Positions 33,150 to 42,079 of a stretch of DNA of 64,000 bases are shown here, piece by piece (positions within the stretch are counted from its first letter, which is position 1; each line of letters starts with the position of its first letter). The stretch lies in IMG/VR virus record IMGVR_UViG_3300012346_000137, positions 48,731-112,730 of that record; one strand, 5' to 3'. Below the pieces are notes generated by a model. It saw nothing but the letters and a program-made list of their open reading frames with translations. It was not told the DNA's origin and made no database searches. A program made the position numbers and the translations under genes. The DNA comes from a virus (taxonomy: Duplodnaviria; Heunggongvirae; Uroviricota; Caudoviricetes).

Positions 33150-34399
33150 TATAAATACTGTTTGAATATATTTGTCATTCCTGAACCTTGTTCTATTAAG
33201 AATCCAGTCACTTCTGCTTTAGACATCACATGACCCATCTTATCGTCCCATAGACTCTTTGCCTTAGAAAAGGCAGGAATTTGATAAAACTTAATACCAT
33301 TGAAGTCATGACTCACCTCATGGTGTTTATCCCCTGTAAAGATGTAGAAGTTCTCATGGAATGACCATCCTTCTCTAAACTCTATTGGGAATAGTGCTGC
33401 TAATTTAGCAGGCTTAATTGCGTCACCATGGTTAAACATCATAGATGATGTACCATAGCTCACATACTTTCTATACTTAGGGCAATCGTCAATTGTCACT
33501 CTTGGTTCATTTCTGAAGAACATCTTCAACCAATTTACCATGTGCCAACCCACAAACTCGTCATGATTACCAGCTACATAAACTACCTCTACAGCCTCAG
33601 CGTGAGATAGTAACATAGAGATCATAAGGATCTCATGGTCACATATGTAAGTGAATGACTTATGATAACTGTGTGTATTTTGCTGAGGAGTTCCTTTTGT
33701 AGTGGCATTTGTATACTCACTATTAAACTCATCAGATCCTATAATATATGTAATTTTTTCTAAGTTGTTAGACAGTCTTGCTTGAGAAGCAATAACATCT
33801 ACCTTGTACATGATTTCTCCTAGTCTTGTAGCTACATCGTTATTACCATCGATGTCATATTTGTTTATATGAGAATCTTGTTTATTGATAATTAACATAG
33901 CTTGAGGCTTCTGTAAATCTATATGTGGAGTTGCAATTGCTTGACATACAGGCTCATATGTATTTAAAAAATCTACAAACGAGTCTTGGAACACCTGCTC
34001 GTTAGACTTCTTACCTAACCAAGCCTTAACTTGCCAGTGTGGATTTTCACCATTACCCCAGAAGTTTTGTACGTATTTAGTTATCTCCCACTTCTCTGTA
34101 TCTATCTTACACTTCTCAATTAATTCTTCTAAACTTTTAACCTCTTCACTAAGATTAGCTGTAACTTGTCCAGTTCCTTTAGATATATCTTCTACGAACG
34201 AAATGATTACATCTTCTAATTCTGATATGTAATTCCCAACCTCTGCGTCCTCTTCAGCTCTCTCTCTACTTTTTAATTCTTTCAATAACTCCTCAATCTC
34301 GTTTTCTGTAATTCCTAGCTTTTCAGCATAAAATTTTTTTGACTTTTTCCAGCTAAGTAGTGTCTGTAGCTGATCTAGTAACGATTGGTTGTTTGACAT
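33149..34399 (-). CDS. calcineurin-like metallophosphoesterase (416 aa) with N-terminal coiled-coil region
   Basis: Ordered phosphoesterase motifs: QDSH (motif I, DxH), GSDEF (motif II, GD), VAGNHDE (motif III, GNHD/E), then NHGD and GHV further downstream. The N-terminal ~140 aa are charged and helical. Confidence 0.5.
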   Translation of the reverse strand: MSNNQSLLDQLQTLLSWKKSKKFYAEKLGITENEIEELLKELKSRERAEEDAEVGNYISELEDVIISFVEDISKGTGQVTANLSEEVKSLEELIEKCKIDTEKWEITKYVQNFWGNGENPHWQVKAWLGKKSNEQVFQDSFVDFLNTYEPVCQAIATPHIDLQKPQAMLIINKQDSHINKYDIDGNNDVATRLGEIMYKVDVIASQARLSNNLEKITYIIGSDEFNSEYTNATTKGTPQQNTHSYHKSFTYICDHEILMISMLLSHAEAVEVVYVAGNHDEFVGWHMVNWLKMFFRNEPRVTIDDCPKYRKYVSYGTSSMMFNHGDAIKPAKLAALFPIEFREGWSFHENFYIFTGDKHHEVSHDFNGIKFYQIPAFSKAKSLWDDKMGHVMSKAEVTGFLIEQGSGMTNIFKQYL

Positions 34400-34510
34400 G
34401 TATGTCTAGATTTAGTTAAAATTACTGTAAAGATAGGGGTTTATTTGATATTAACAAAATTTTTGTTAACTAATTTGATTATTGATGATAACTAACTTAG
34501 TTAGATTTTT

Positions 34511-34544
34511 AAACAAAAAACCCCCAGAGTAGAAACTCTAGGGG
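34511..34544 (-). terminator. rho-independent terminator (minus strand) downstream of the DUF285 fibre gene
   Basis: On the minus strand: CCCCUAGAGU-uucu-ACUCUGGGGG hairpin followed by UUUUUUGUUU (plus coordinates 34521-34544 for the stem, 34511-34520 for the A-run). Confidence 0.55.
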
Positions 34545-34581
34545 AACAGACTTGGAAACCAACAACCAAGTGTATTGAATA

Positions 34582-36141
34582 TTAAGGTGGGCAAGTGCCC
34601 CATATAGGTTTTGGTAAAGTCCAAGCAGGAGTGTTTTCTGAAAAATAAAGAGGTTCAGTAGGAAAAGCTGTAACACACCAACCACTTAAATTTTGATTAA
34701 ACGTTGTGGCATTTTCAAACATAGCGTACATTCCAGAAACATCTGTAACAGAACTCACATCCCAATTATTAATGTCTTGATTAAATGACGTAGCACCATA
34801 AAACATAGTGCCCATTGTAGTAACATTTCCTACATTCCAACTTCCTATATTCTGATTAAATGAAACAGCAGAAAAGAACATGCCCCACATACTAGTAACG
34901 TTAGAAACATTCCAAGTTCCTATATTTTGGTTAAATGCAAAAGCAGCACGAAACATATGATACATATTAGTAACGTTTCCTACATTCCAACTGCTTATGT
35001 TAGCATTGAAGTTTATTGCTCCAATGAACATCTGATCCATATCAATAACGTTTGAAACATCCCAATTAGACATGTTGGTTGTAGTTGTACCTAAAAGAGT
35101 ACACCCACTGAACATTGATGCAGCAGAGGTGCTTGGAAGAAATATAGGAAAATCAGTAGCACTAATCCCTGTTAAATTAATACAATCTTTAAACATACTA
35201 CTAAAACTACTTGTTGATAAACCTACATTTCCCCACTGTTTAATATCTATAATTCTATCTTTACTTGTATTGTTTAAACTAAAGTTAAATACACTTGATG
35301 TACCTATAATACTTACAGTATAATTACTAGCAAACGAATAAACGTGAGTTCTATTTGCGTAAGAGTTGACACTAGTAGTTCCATCACCCCAACTAATTAT
35401 GCCAGAGTATGTACCACTTGGATCATAAGGAAGTGTTATGCTATCAAAATTATTAGCAACATTAAATGTTACCATCATTGGTAATGAACAAGAAATGGAA
35501 TTTGTCAATGTACCATTGTTTCCAACAACCTCAAATCCTATATATGAACCTGCTACATTTGCAACATGGAATCCATTTGGCAATAATGTAGTTAAAGAAG
35601 GTTCTGTATAAACTACTGTACCATTAGCAATAGGATCTCCAGAATGTACATAGTACGCACCTGAAATCCAAATTGAACCAGTAGGACATTGACCACCTAA
35701 GTATACAATATCACTTGGAGGCAATGTAGTAGTTGATGTAGTTGTAGGAGAGAATATTGTAGTTGTTGTAGAAGTGCTACTACTAGTAGTGGTAGACGTA
35801 GATGTTGATGTGGAAGTACTTGAAGATGTAGTGGTAGTTGTAGGAGGTGCAAAACAAGAGTTTACAACATCACATATCTGAGCATTGTATGCAGGGTTGT
35901 TCTGCATTTGATTTAGTATCTTCTCTGCTATAGAGATAGGGTTTAGCTGTGGATCTATCTTTTGTAGAGCTACAGTTAAGAAATCGTTAGTCACTATACC
36001 TGAATTAGGTAAGTTCTGACCAGAATAGTAAATAAAATTTGATATGATAGGATATCCTATAAACTCAGAAGAAACCATTCCTTCTTGCAAAGCAGGAGGA
36101 AGATTCTCTTCATAACAACGCATCCCAGGTACACAACTCAT
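34582..36141 (-). CDS. tail fibre / receptor-binding protein with DUF285 (BspA-like, 26-residue) repeats (519 aa)
   Basis: The C-terminus carries 4-5 tandem ~25-aa repeats of the form FNQNIGxWNVxNVTxMxxMF. This is characteristic of PF03382 / TIGR02167 surface-protein repeats. A Ser/Thr linker (PPTTTTTSSSTSTSTSTSTTTSSSTSTTTT, nt ~35715-35850) follows an N-terminal ~100-aa domain. Confidence 0.6.
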   Translation of the reverse strand: MSCVPGMRCYEENLPPALQEGMVSSEFIGYPIISNFIYYSGQNLPNSGIVTNDFLTVALQKIDPQLNPISIAEKILNQMQNNPAYNAQICDVVNSCFAPPTTTTTSSSTSTSTSTSTTTSSSTSTTTTIFSPTTTSTTTLPPSDIVYLGGQCPTGSIWISGAYYVHSGDPIANGTVVYTEPSLTTLLPNGFHVANVAGSYIGFEVVGNNGTLTNSISCSLPMMVTFNVANNFDSITLPYDPSGTYSGIISWGDGTTSVNSYANRTHVYSFASNYTVSIIGTSSVFNFSLNNTSKDRIIDIKQWGNVGLSTSSFSSMFKDCINLTGISATDFPIFLPSTSAASMFSGCTLLGTTTTNMSNWDVSNVIDMDQMFIGAINFNANISSWNVGNVTNMYHMFRAAFAFNQNIGTWNVSNVTSMWGMFFSAVSFNQNIGSWNVGNVTTMGTMFYGATSFNQDINNWDVSSVTDVSGMYAMFENATTFNQNLSGWCVTAFPTEPLYFSENTPAWTLPKPIWGTCPP

Positions 36142-36153
36142 CTGTTAATTAAT

Positions 36154-36447
36154 TTAAATTATACATTGATTAACTACATTACAAAAGATAGTCTTTAAGG
36201 AAGGATTGTTCATAATTGCTGCATAGAATGCATTTGCAATAGCTTCCTCGCTTAATTGAGCGTCTATGTTCTGTAAAGCTAGGGTTAGTGGGTCTTCATT
36301 ATTAATGCCTGTATTGGGCAAATTAGGACCATAATAACACACTAAATCAGAATTAATAGGATATCCTAAGAATGCACTTGGAATGCAACTAGCTGGATAC
36401 ACTGTATATATTGTACCCTCACATGGGGTTCCTGGTAAACAAGACAT
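36154..36447 (-). CDS. stand-alone paralogue of the fibre N-terminal (anchor) domain (97 aa)
   Basis: Shares a conserved motif series with residues 1-100 of the 519-aa protein (MSC[VL]PG...C...[FL]GYPI[IN]S...CYYG[QP]NLPN[ST]GI...PLT[VL]ALQ[KN]ID[PA]QL...C[DN]VVN[SQ]C). Confidence 0.5.
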   Translation of the reverse strand: MSCLPGTPCEGTIYTVYPASCIPSAFLGYPINSDLVCYYGPNLPNTGINNEDPLTLALQNIDAQLSEEAIANAFYAAIMNNPSLKTIFCNVVNQCII

Positions 36448-36455
36448 TTCTTAAT

Positions 36456-36722
36456 TTATTTATGAATTAACACTTTAACTCTACTAGCAATCATCTTTAC
36501 AGTGAAGGGTAGAGCATATTCTAAATTACAAGCCTTGTATTCTAAGATTCTCTTGTAGTTTAGTAAATCACCAATAGCCCACGCTGGGATGGGATAGTTG
36601 GTAGAGTAGACAATATTGTTGTATTCAACCTGTGCTAATTCTGCAAGCTTAGTATCTATGTCACTAAGTAATACAGAAATAGTAGCACAGTCAATACAGT
36701 TATTTAATCTTGGAGATAACAT
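36456..36722 (-). CDS. hypothetical protein (88 aa)
   Basis: ORF in the operon. Confidence 0.4.
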   Translation of the reverse strand: MLSPRLNNCIDCATISVLLSDIDTKLAELAQVEYNNIVYSTNYPIPAWAIGDLLNYKRILEYKACNLEYALPFTVKMIASRVKVLIHK

Positions 36723-36834
36723 TTTTTATTCTTTGAGATGTTTGTTTAACAAGTGCATTACAATGAGCACATAATCCATTGATTAAGTTGCAACCACAAC
36801 CTACGTTAGCGTTGCATTTTTTACAGTTTGCCAT
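36700..36834 (-). CDS. possible small Cys-rich peptide (44 aa, not in ORF track)
   Basis: Minus-strand ATG at 36834 gives MANCKKCNANVGCGCNLINGLCAHCNALVKQTSQRIKNVISKIK*, with 8 Cys in 44 aa. It fills the otherwise empty 113-nt gap and overlaps the next gene start by ~23 nt in another frame. Confidence 0.3.
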   Translation of the reverse strand: MANCKKCNANVGCGCNLINGLCAHCNALVKQTSQRIKNVISKIK

Positions 36835-36835
36835 A

Positions 36836-37390
36836 TTAGTAGAAATTTGTTACATAGTTGTTACCTGAACAACCACAGTTGGTTTTAATAAAATTGTCTA
36901 ACATTCTATCTGCTTGATCGTATAGTTTATTTGAGGTGTCTATAGCACTGTTATTAGCTGCTGCTATAGAGCCTTGTATAAGATAGTATATTGTGTTTAA
37001 CGTTACTTTTGACTGAGTCTTTATAGCAAGGTCACATTCCATCATATCAAGTTTCATAAACGCAGAGTCAAACTTTTCCTGAATCTTAGCAGTACGCATG
37101 ATACTCTTCTCTACAAAATATGTAGCAGAAGGAGCAATTGTATACTTAAGAAAATAAACACCATCAGGAAGTGGTGTCAAAGGTTGTCCTACACTAGATA
37201 AACCTAGAGTTGTAGAATTAAATATGTTGAAGTCATTGGGTGTGAAAGGAAGACTTATCACAGGATTCCCAGGAACAGTAATATCAATAGTTGGAGCTGT
37301 TATAGCTATGTCATACACAGAGTTATCAGCAATACCCAAAGTTTGGACATTGTAAGTATTGATAACTAATATATCTAAAGTTGTTGCCAT
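36836..37390 (-). CDS. structural protein (184 aa)
   Basis: ORF in the head-tail module. Confidence 0.4.
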   Translation of the reverse strand: MATTLDILVINTYNVQTLGIADNSVYDIAITAPTIDITVPGNPVISLPFTPNDFNIFNSTTLGLSSVGQPLTPLPDGVYFLKYTIAPSATYFVEKSIMRTAKIQEKFDSAFMKLDMMECDLAIKTQSKVTLNTIYYLIQGSIAAANNSAIDTSNKLYDQADRMLDNFIKTNCGCSGNNYVTNFY

Positions 37391-37465
37391 GTTGTTTAAA
37401 ATAAAAATGCCAGAGGATTTGAGTTATCCTCTATCCCCTGGCATAGGTTATATGATTTCTATCAA

Positions 37466-38575
37466 TTAAGGAATCAATGGATCTGGAGTTGGAGTACCAG
37501 CTGTAGCATTTACAGGAGCACCTAAAGCAGCAGTTAATACTGTTTCAATAGCACCACCAATACTACCCACACCTTGAGGAGCAGCAATGATTACCATTGA
37601 ATCTTCAACGATATAGTCACCCCACTTGTAAGCAGACTTGTCTACTTCGTTAAACTTGATGTAGTATGTATCGTAAGTAGCACCTGCAGATACATAAGTT
37701 TCAAAGTTCTCGTTGTAGCCATTCATTCTGTACAAATGCTTTAAGTAACCAGCTTGGTAGCTATAGAAATTCTTCTCTAATTGAGCAATCTCTGCAGAAC
37801 CACCACTTGGGTAACTAGCATGTTGAGTAATCAACGCTTCAGCAACTACGTTACAAGCATCAGCAACGATGAAGTCAGCTGTTGTAGCTGGACCACTGTA
37901 AACGAAAGTTCTGAAATACATTCTGTCATACTCGTAAGGGAACGCTGCAATATCACAAGGCTGTCCATAAACAGTCAATGGTTTTGCAGAAATAACTAAC
38001 ACAGCATTCTGATCATTTCCTACTCTTTCAAAAGTGTAGAAAGTGTTGAAGCTAATGTTATCTGGGTTAGTACCAGGAGCTGATTGCTCAAACTTAACGA
38101 TGAAAGCATCGATTAAAGCTGGAACATCAACATCAGCACAAGGGTCACCACCACACTCTAAACATGGAGCTTGAACAGTTACACTACGAGTGAAACCATT
38201 GAAGTACAATGTGTCGATGTAGCTAGAGTGAGCACGTAAAGTGATAGTTACAACATCACCAGCCTTAACTGTGAAGTTACCAACTTCTGTGATTTGAGTT
38301 GTAGCTGTAGAGTTACCAGTCACTTTATACCACTCACTAACTTGGCTAGCAGCGATCTTATCAGAACGCTTAGAACCTTGTAAATAAGTGTTTTGTCTAC
38401 CTTGAGCAACGTAGAAATAAGGAACAGATGCAATGTTACCTGCATTTGCTACAGCGTAAGTGTTGGTAAATAAACCAACTTGACCAGCTGTAAGGTCTTG
38501 TGTAGATCCAGAGCTAGGCAACGTAGTTTGTCCTACTGGTACTACAAACAGGGTGGTTAATGAAAAATCAGCCAT
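37466..38575 (-). CDS. structural protein (369 aa), possibly head/neck
   Basis: ORF downstream of the major capsid protein (MCP) block. Confidence 0.4.
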   Translation of the reverse strand: MADFSLTTLFVVPVGQTTLPSSGSTQDLTAGQVGLFTNTYAVANAGNIASVPYFYVAQGRQNTYLQGSKRSDKIAASQVSEWYKVTGNSTATTQITEVGNFTVKAGDVVTITLRAHSSYIDTLYFNGFTRSVTVQAPCLECGGDPCADVDVPALIDAFIVKFEQSAPGTNPDNISFNTFYTFERVGNDQNAVLVISAKPLTVYGQPCDIAAFPYEYDRMYFRTFVYSGPATTADFIVADACNVVAEALITQHASYPSGGSAEIAQLEKNFYSYQAGYLKHLYRMNGYNENFETYVSAGATYDTYYIKFNEVDKSAYKWGDYIVEDSMVIIAAPQGVGSIGGAIETVLTAALGAPVNATAGTPTPDPLIP

Positions 38576-38603
38576 GTTGTTTTGTATTTAAATTATGAAA
38601 AAA

Positions 38604-39335
38604 TTACTCGTTTGTTTGAATCCTCATCTGAGCTGATTGAACAGCAGATTGATTCTCTGTATACATTGCTAGAGACTGAACAGTTAGGTCTACTAACTCA
38701 TCTTCTAGATATAGTTCAAGCTCGCAGTTTACATTTGCTGATGGATTACCATCAAAGTTTATGTATCCCACTTTATCAATATACACTGGATATCTCATGT
38801 ATGATACATAAATCTTACTAGGTGTAAATGTACCATCTGTAAATATAGAAATCTCGTCTGAAGATAAAGAGTTAAAAGTCTCTTGGTATTCGAAAGAAGG
38901 TTTGTAATGATCGTTGTTCAACAGCAATGATAAATCACCATGTTTAGACAAATCCTTATTAATCCAAATCTTTCTATCAGTACATTGTCCTTTGCTTGCT
39001 AATATATATGAATCTATATAAAACATATACTTAGGATTCAAGCTATTTAAGTTACCAGCCCATTGGTTAATTTGTGCATTCTTTAAAGTTAATGTTAACT
39101 CTCCACTGTTATATGGGATTATTAGATTTTGTAAATCTTCATAACGTTTCTTAAAAGAATCTAAACCCTGACCACTTGCTGTACTAAACCCATCAACCTT
39201 TTGTTTTATTAGCTTTATCTGAGCTTCATTTAAGGCTAATATCTTATCTTCTAAAGCTATCTGCTGATGCTCATTTGTTGATAGTTTATTTAGTTTCTGA
39301 TCAATCTTATATAATAAACTATCTACTGGGATCAT
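38604..39335 (-). CDS. structural protein (243 aa)
   Basis: ORF with a coiled-coil N-terminus. The overlapping 38582..38821 plus-strand ORF was rejected. Confidence 0.4.
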   Translation of the reverse strand: MIPVDSLLYKIDQKLNKLSTNEHQQIALEDKILALNEAQIKLIKQKVDGFSTASGQGLDSFKKRYEDLQNLIIPYNSGELTLTLKNAQINQWAGNLNSLNPKYMFYIDSYILASKGQCTDRKIWINKDLSKHGDLSLLLNNDHYKPSFEYQETFNSLSSDEISIFTDGTFTPSKIYVSYMRYPVYIDKVGYINFDGNPSANVNCELELYLEDELVDLTVQSLAMYTENQSAVQSAQMRIQTNE

Positions 39336-40300
39336 ATTGCAGCTAATTTTTTGTTTTTCAATTTACCTTCTAATGTTAATAACTCATCTTGGTTATCTTC
39401 ATCAGCAAGGAATTTAACTAAATCTTCTTCATCTTTAGCTACTTCTAATTCACCTTCAGTGATTTTACCATTAGGTTTAACTCTATAAACTGAATGAGCA
39501 ATAGCTTGTTTTACTAAGTCTTTAATATGAAGCAAGTTTTCCTTCATGTCTGCATATCTACCAAATACTTCTACTGGAGAAAGTCCTTGGTATTTACCAG
39601 CCTTGAATTCTGTTTGTTTAAGAAGGTTATCTACCTGATTGTATACCACTTCTTCTTTGGTATCTTCTGTAACAGGTAAACCTAATAATCTTGCCACTTT
39701 ACGTTTCTTCTCAGGAGTCATTGCATCAAACTTGATAATAGCCTTGTTGATCAATTGTTTCTTCTTGAATACCACTGCATTTTCAATCTCATCATCTACT
39801 ACGTAGAACTGAGTGTCTGCAGGGAATTCTCCTCTCTCCCATGCTTGATAGCTAGAAGCAACTGTAGGGTGAACTCGTAACCATGCGAATGCTAATTCCT
39901 GTAATGGTTGACTTAAATCAAAATAATTGTCACCATCCAATAGTTTCACTGGTTGTACGTGTAGAGTGTCATTTGAAGATGTTGATAATCCATAGTTCCA
40001 AAAAGCAGAACGAGGACCTAAATCAATACCTCCCAACGCTAACTCTAATTTAGCACGTAATTCTGTTACTCTTTCAATTTCCAACTCTCTTTCTGTTGGA
40101 TCTTGAATACGTCTGATGTATGCAGCGTTAGCATCTAAGCCTGTTCTGTACTGACCATCTAACTCTTTGTAAGGATACTTAAATACACCTGTACCAGGGA
40201 TTCTCGTCATACCTTTTGCTGCAAGTCCTCCTTGCATAGTTTGTAACTGTGAGTTGTTGTACTCCTTTTTTAAGGTGGAGATTTTTCCTATCTTGCCCAT
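39332..40300 (-). CDS. structural protein (322 aa) immediately downstream of MCP
   Basis: ORF in the operon. Confidence 0.4.
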   Translation of the reverse strand: MGKIGKISTLKKEYNNSQLQTMQGGLAAKGMTRIPGTGVFKYPYKELDGQYRTGLDANAAYIRRIQDPTERELEIERVTELRAKLELALGGIDLGPRSAFWNYGLSTSSNDTLHVQPVKLLDGDNYFDLSQPLQELAFAWLRVHPTVASSYQAWERGEFPADTQFYVVDDEIENAVVFKKKQLINKAIIKFDAMTPEKKRKVARLLGLPVTEDTKEEVVYNQVDNLLKQTEFKAGKYQGLSPVEVFGRYADMKENLLHIKDLVKQAIAHSVYRVKPNGKITEGELEVAKDEEDLVKFLADEDNQDELLTLEGKLKNKKLAAI

Positions 40301-40488
40301 ATGTAGTTGTTTTTGTTTGGTTTATTTGCAGATGGGTCCCATCGAAGGGAATGCGTTCAACACTTAGTTAAACCATCCATCTGTAGAGTGAGAAGACTCC
40401 CCCACTTGGATGTGGGGGGGAATTCTTCTCTGTATTTTATGCGAAACACCAAGGGTGTCAATCTCAGGATACTCTCCTGAGAGGGGCA

Positions 40489-42042
40489 TTAGAATTGTGG
40501 AATCTCTTCGATCAACACAGTTCTAGATAAGTCTTCGATGAATACATCACAACGATCTTTCATCCAGATTTCATATCCAGGGAATTTGTTCGCAGAACTC
40601 ATACCTTGAGACTTAGCAAAACCTAAGTGGTGACGAGTACCATCGATATAACCCCAAGTCATAGAAGGAGCACCCTTCATACGTACTTCACGAATGTTGT
40701 TTACCATAGAACCATCAGACATTGGAGACACGTCAAATACCATAAATACTGGAGTTGACTTCTTGTTTTGTCCAAATTCTAAGTTTGTTTGAGGTAAGTC
40801 TAACTCTTTCAAGTGAATTAACTCAACACGACCAGTCTCACGAGTTACCATTGCATCGAAAGCAAAGTTGTAAGTGATGTGCTGACCTTCACCTTGCATA
40901 TATCTGTTACCAGAATCAGCCATGAAAGTTAAACCAGAGTTTAAAGCGTCAGTCTTCAAAGCTTGTTGGAATACATCGAAACCAGCTTCGTTAGTGTACA
41001 TTTTAACTCTTCTATCCTTAACGTCCACACGTCTGTAGAATAAATCACCAAATACTGAACGAATCAAGTTTGCAGTGAATTCTCCACGATTGTATTGAAC
41101 TAAGTTACCATTGTTACGCATTCTGTGGTAGATACCTGCAGATACACGCTTTAATTCTTGCTTAGAACCATTAGTCTTCACAGTACCTGGCTTAGACCAG
41201 ATCATACGCTTAACTTTTAATTCTAACATAGACTTACGCATCCAGAACTCAATAAATGGTTCCCACTTAACATCGTTACGAGTTAAAGGTAATTGGTTAC
41301 GTCTTTGAGGAGCATATACTAAGATATCTAAAGGTTTGCCTGCAGCATCTCTTAACATCTTGTCATCAGCCCATTCTGTGATCTTGTGCTCAAAACCATA
41401 TGCAGAACCTAAAGATTCGAACATAGTGATTTTCTCACCTAAACGAGGAAGACCTAATAAGTCTTGATCGAATTCACCAACTACACCATCAATTAATTCT
41501 AACTCAATACCAATCTGTAAGAAAGTATTGCTTACGAAGTCAACTGTTGGGTTATCAGTTACTAAAGTGAATGTGTACAAGTAACCAGCGTTGTAAGGAA
41601 CAGGATCCTTAATAACGTAGAAACGAGGACCATACTGACGAGTACCTACAGAAACGATAGCGTTCTTAGAGAACTCATTTGTGTCCAAAATTAATTGGAA
41701 CTCTTGACCATCGATACCTGGCTTTAACAACTCTAAAGTTGTAGCAGGGATGTCAATGATTTTTGGAAACTTGTAAGGAACTTGTACATCCCACTTCCAA
41801 GCATCACTGTTGTTATCGATATAGTAAGGAGTGCTCTTGTTAATCATATCCAAGAAGTCATTACTATACAAAGAGCTTTGAGTATACAAGCTGATAATCT
41901 TCTTGTCATAATCTGCTGGCTCTGTAGAGTGGAAGCTTTCCAAGTGGTTTGCATCTGTTAATTTACCTACAGCACGCTTGTCCATAGACGCAACACGAGC
42001 ATAAGTAAACCCAGTTAAACCAGGAATTGTTTGAATTGCCAT
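40489..42042 (-). CDS. major capsid protein (517 aa), putative
   Basis: Size (~57 kDa) and position are typical of Crassvirales MCPs: downstream of the portal and the scaffold-like acidic protein. The gene is followed by two stable GC hairpins. Confidence 0.55.
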   Translation of the reverse strand: MAIQTIPGLTGFTYARVASMDKRAVGKLTDANHLESFHSTEPADYDKKIISLYTQSSLYSNDFLDMINKSTPYYIDNNSDAWKWDVQVPYKFPKIIDIPATTLELLKPGIDGQEFQLILDTNEFSKNAIVSVGTRQYGPRFYVIKDPVPYNAGYLYTFTLVTDNPTVDFVSNTFLQIGIELELIDGVVGEFDQDLLGLPRLGEKITMFESLGSAYGFEHKITEWADDKMLRDAAGKPLDILVYAPQRRNQLPLTRNDVKWEPFIEFWMRKSMLELKVKRMIWSKPGTVKTNGSKQELKRVSAGIYHRMRNNGNLVQYNRGEFTANLIRSVFGDLFYRRVDVKDRRVKMYTNEAGFDVFQQALKTDALNSGLTFMADSGNRYMQGEGQHITYNFAFDAMVTRETGRVELIHLKELDLPQTNLEFGQNKKSTPVFMVFDVSPMSDGSMVNNIREVRMKGAPSMTWGYIDGTRHHLGFAKSQGMSSANKFPGYEIWMKDRCDVFIEDLSRTVLIEEIPQF

Positions 42043-42079
42043 TTTGTTATTGTTTTAAATTTAAGTTTATAAAAATTGT

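Noticed and set aside
38582-38821. 79-aa plus-strand ORF
   Set aside because: Antisense to the 243-aa structural gene within a unidirectional minus-strand operon.
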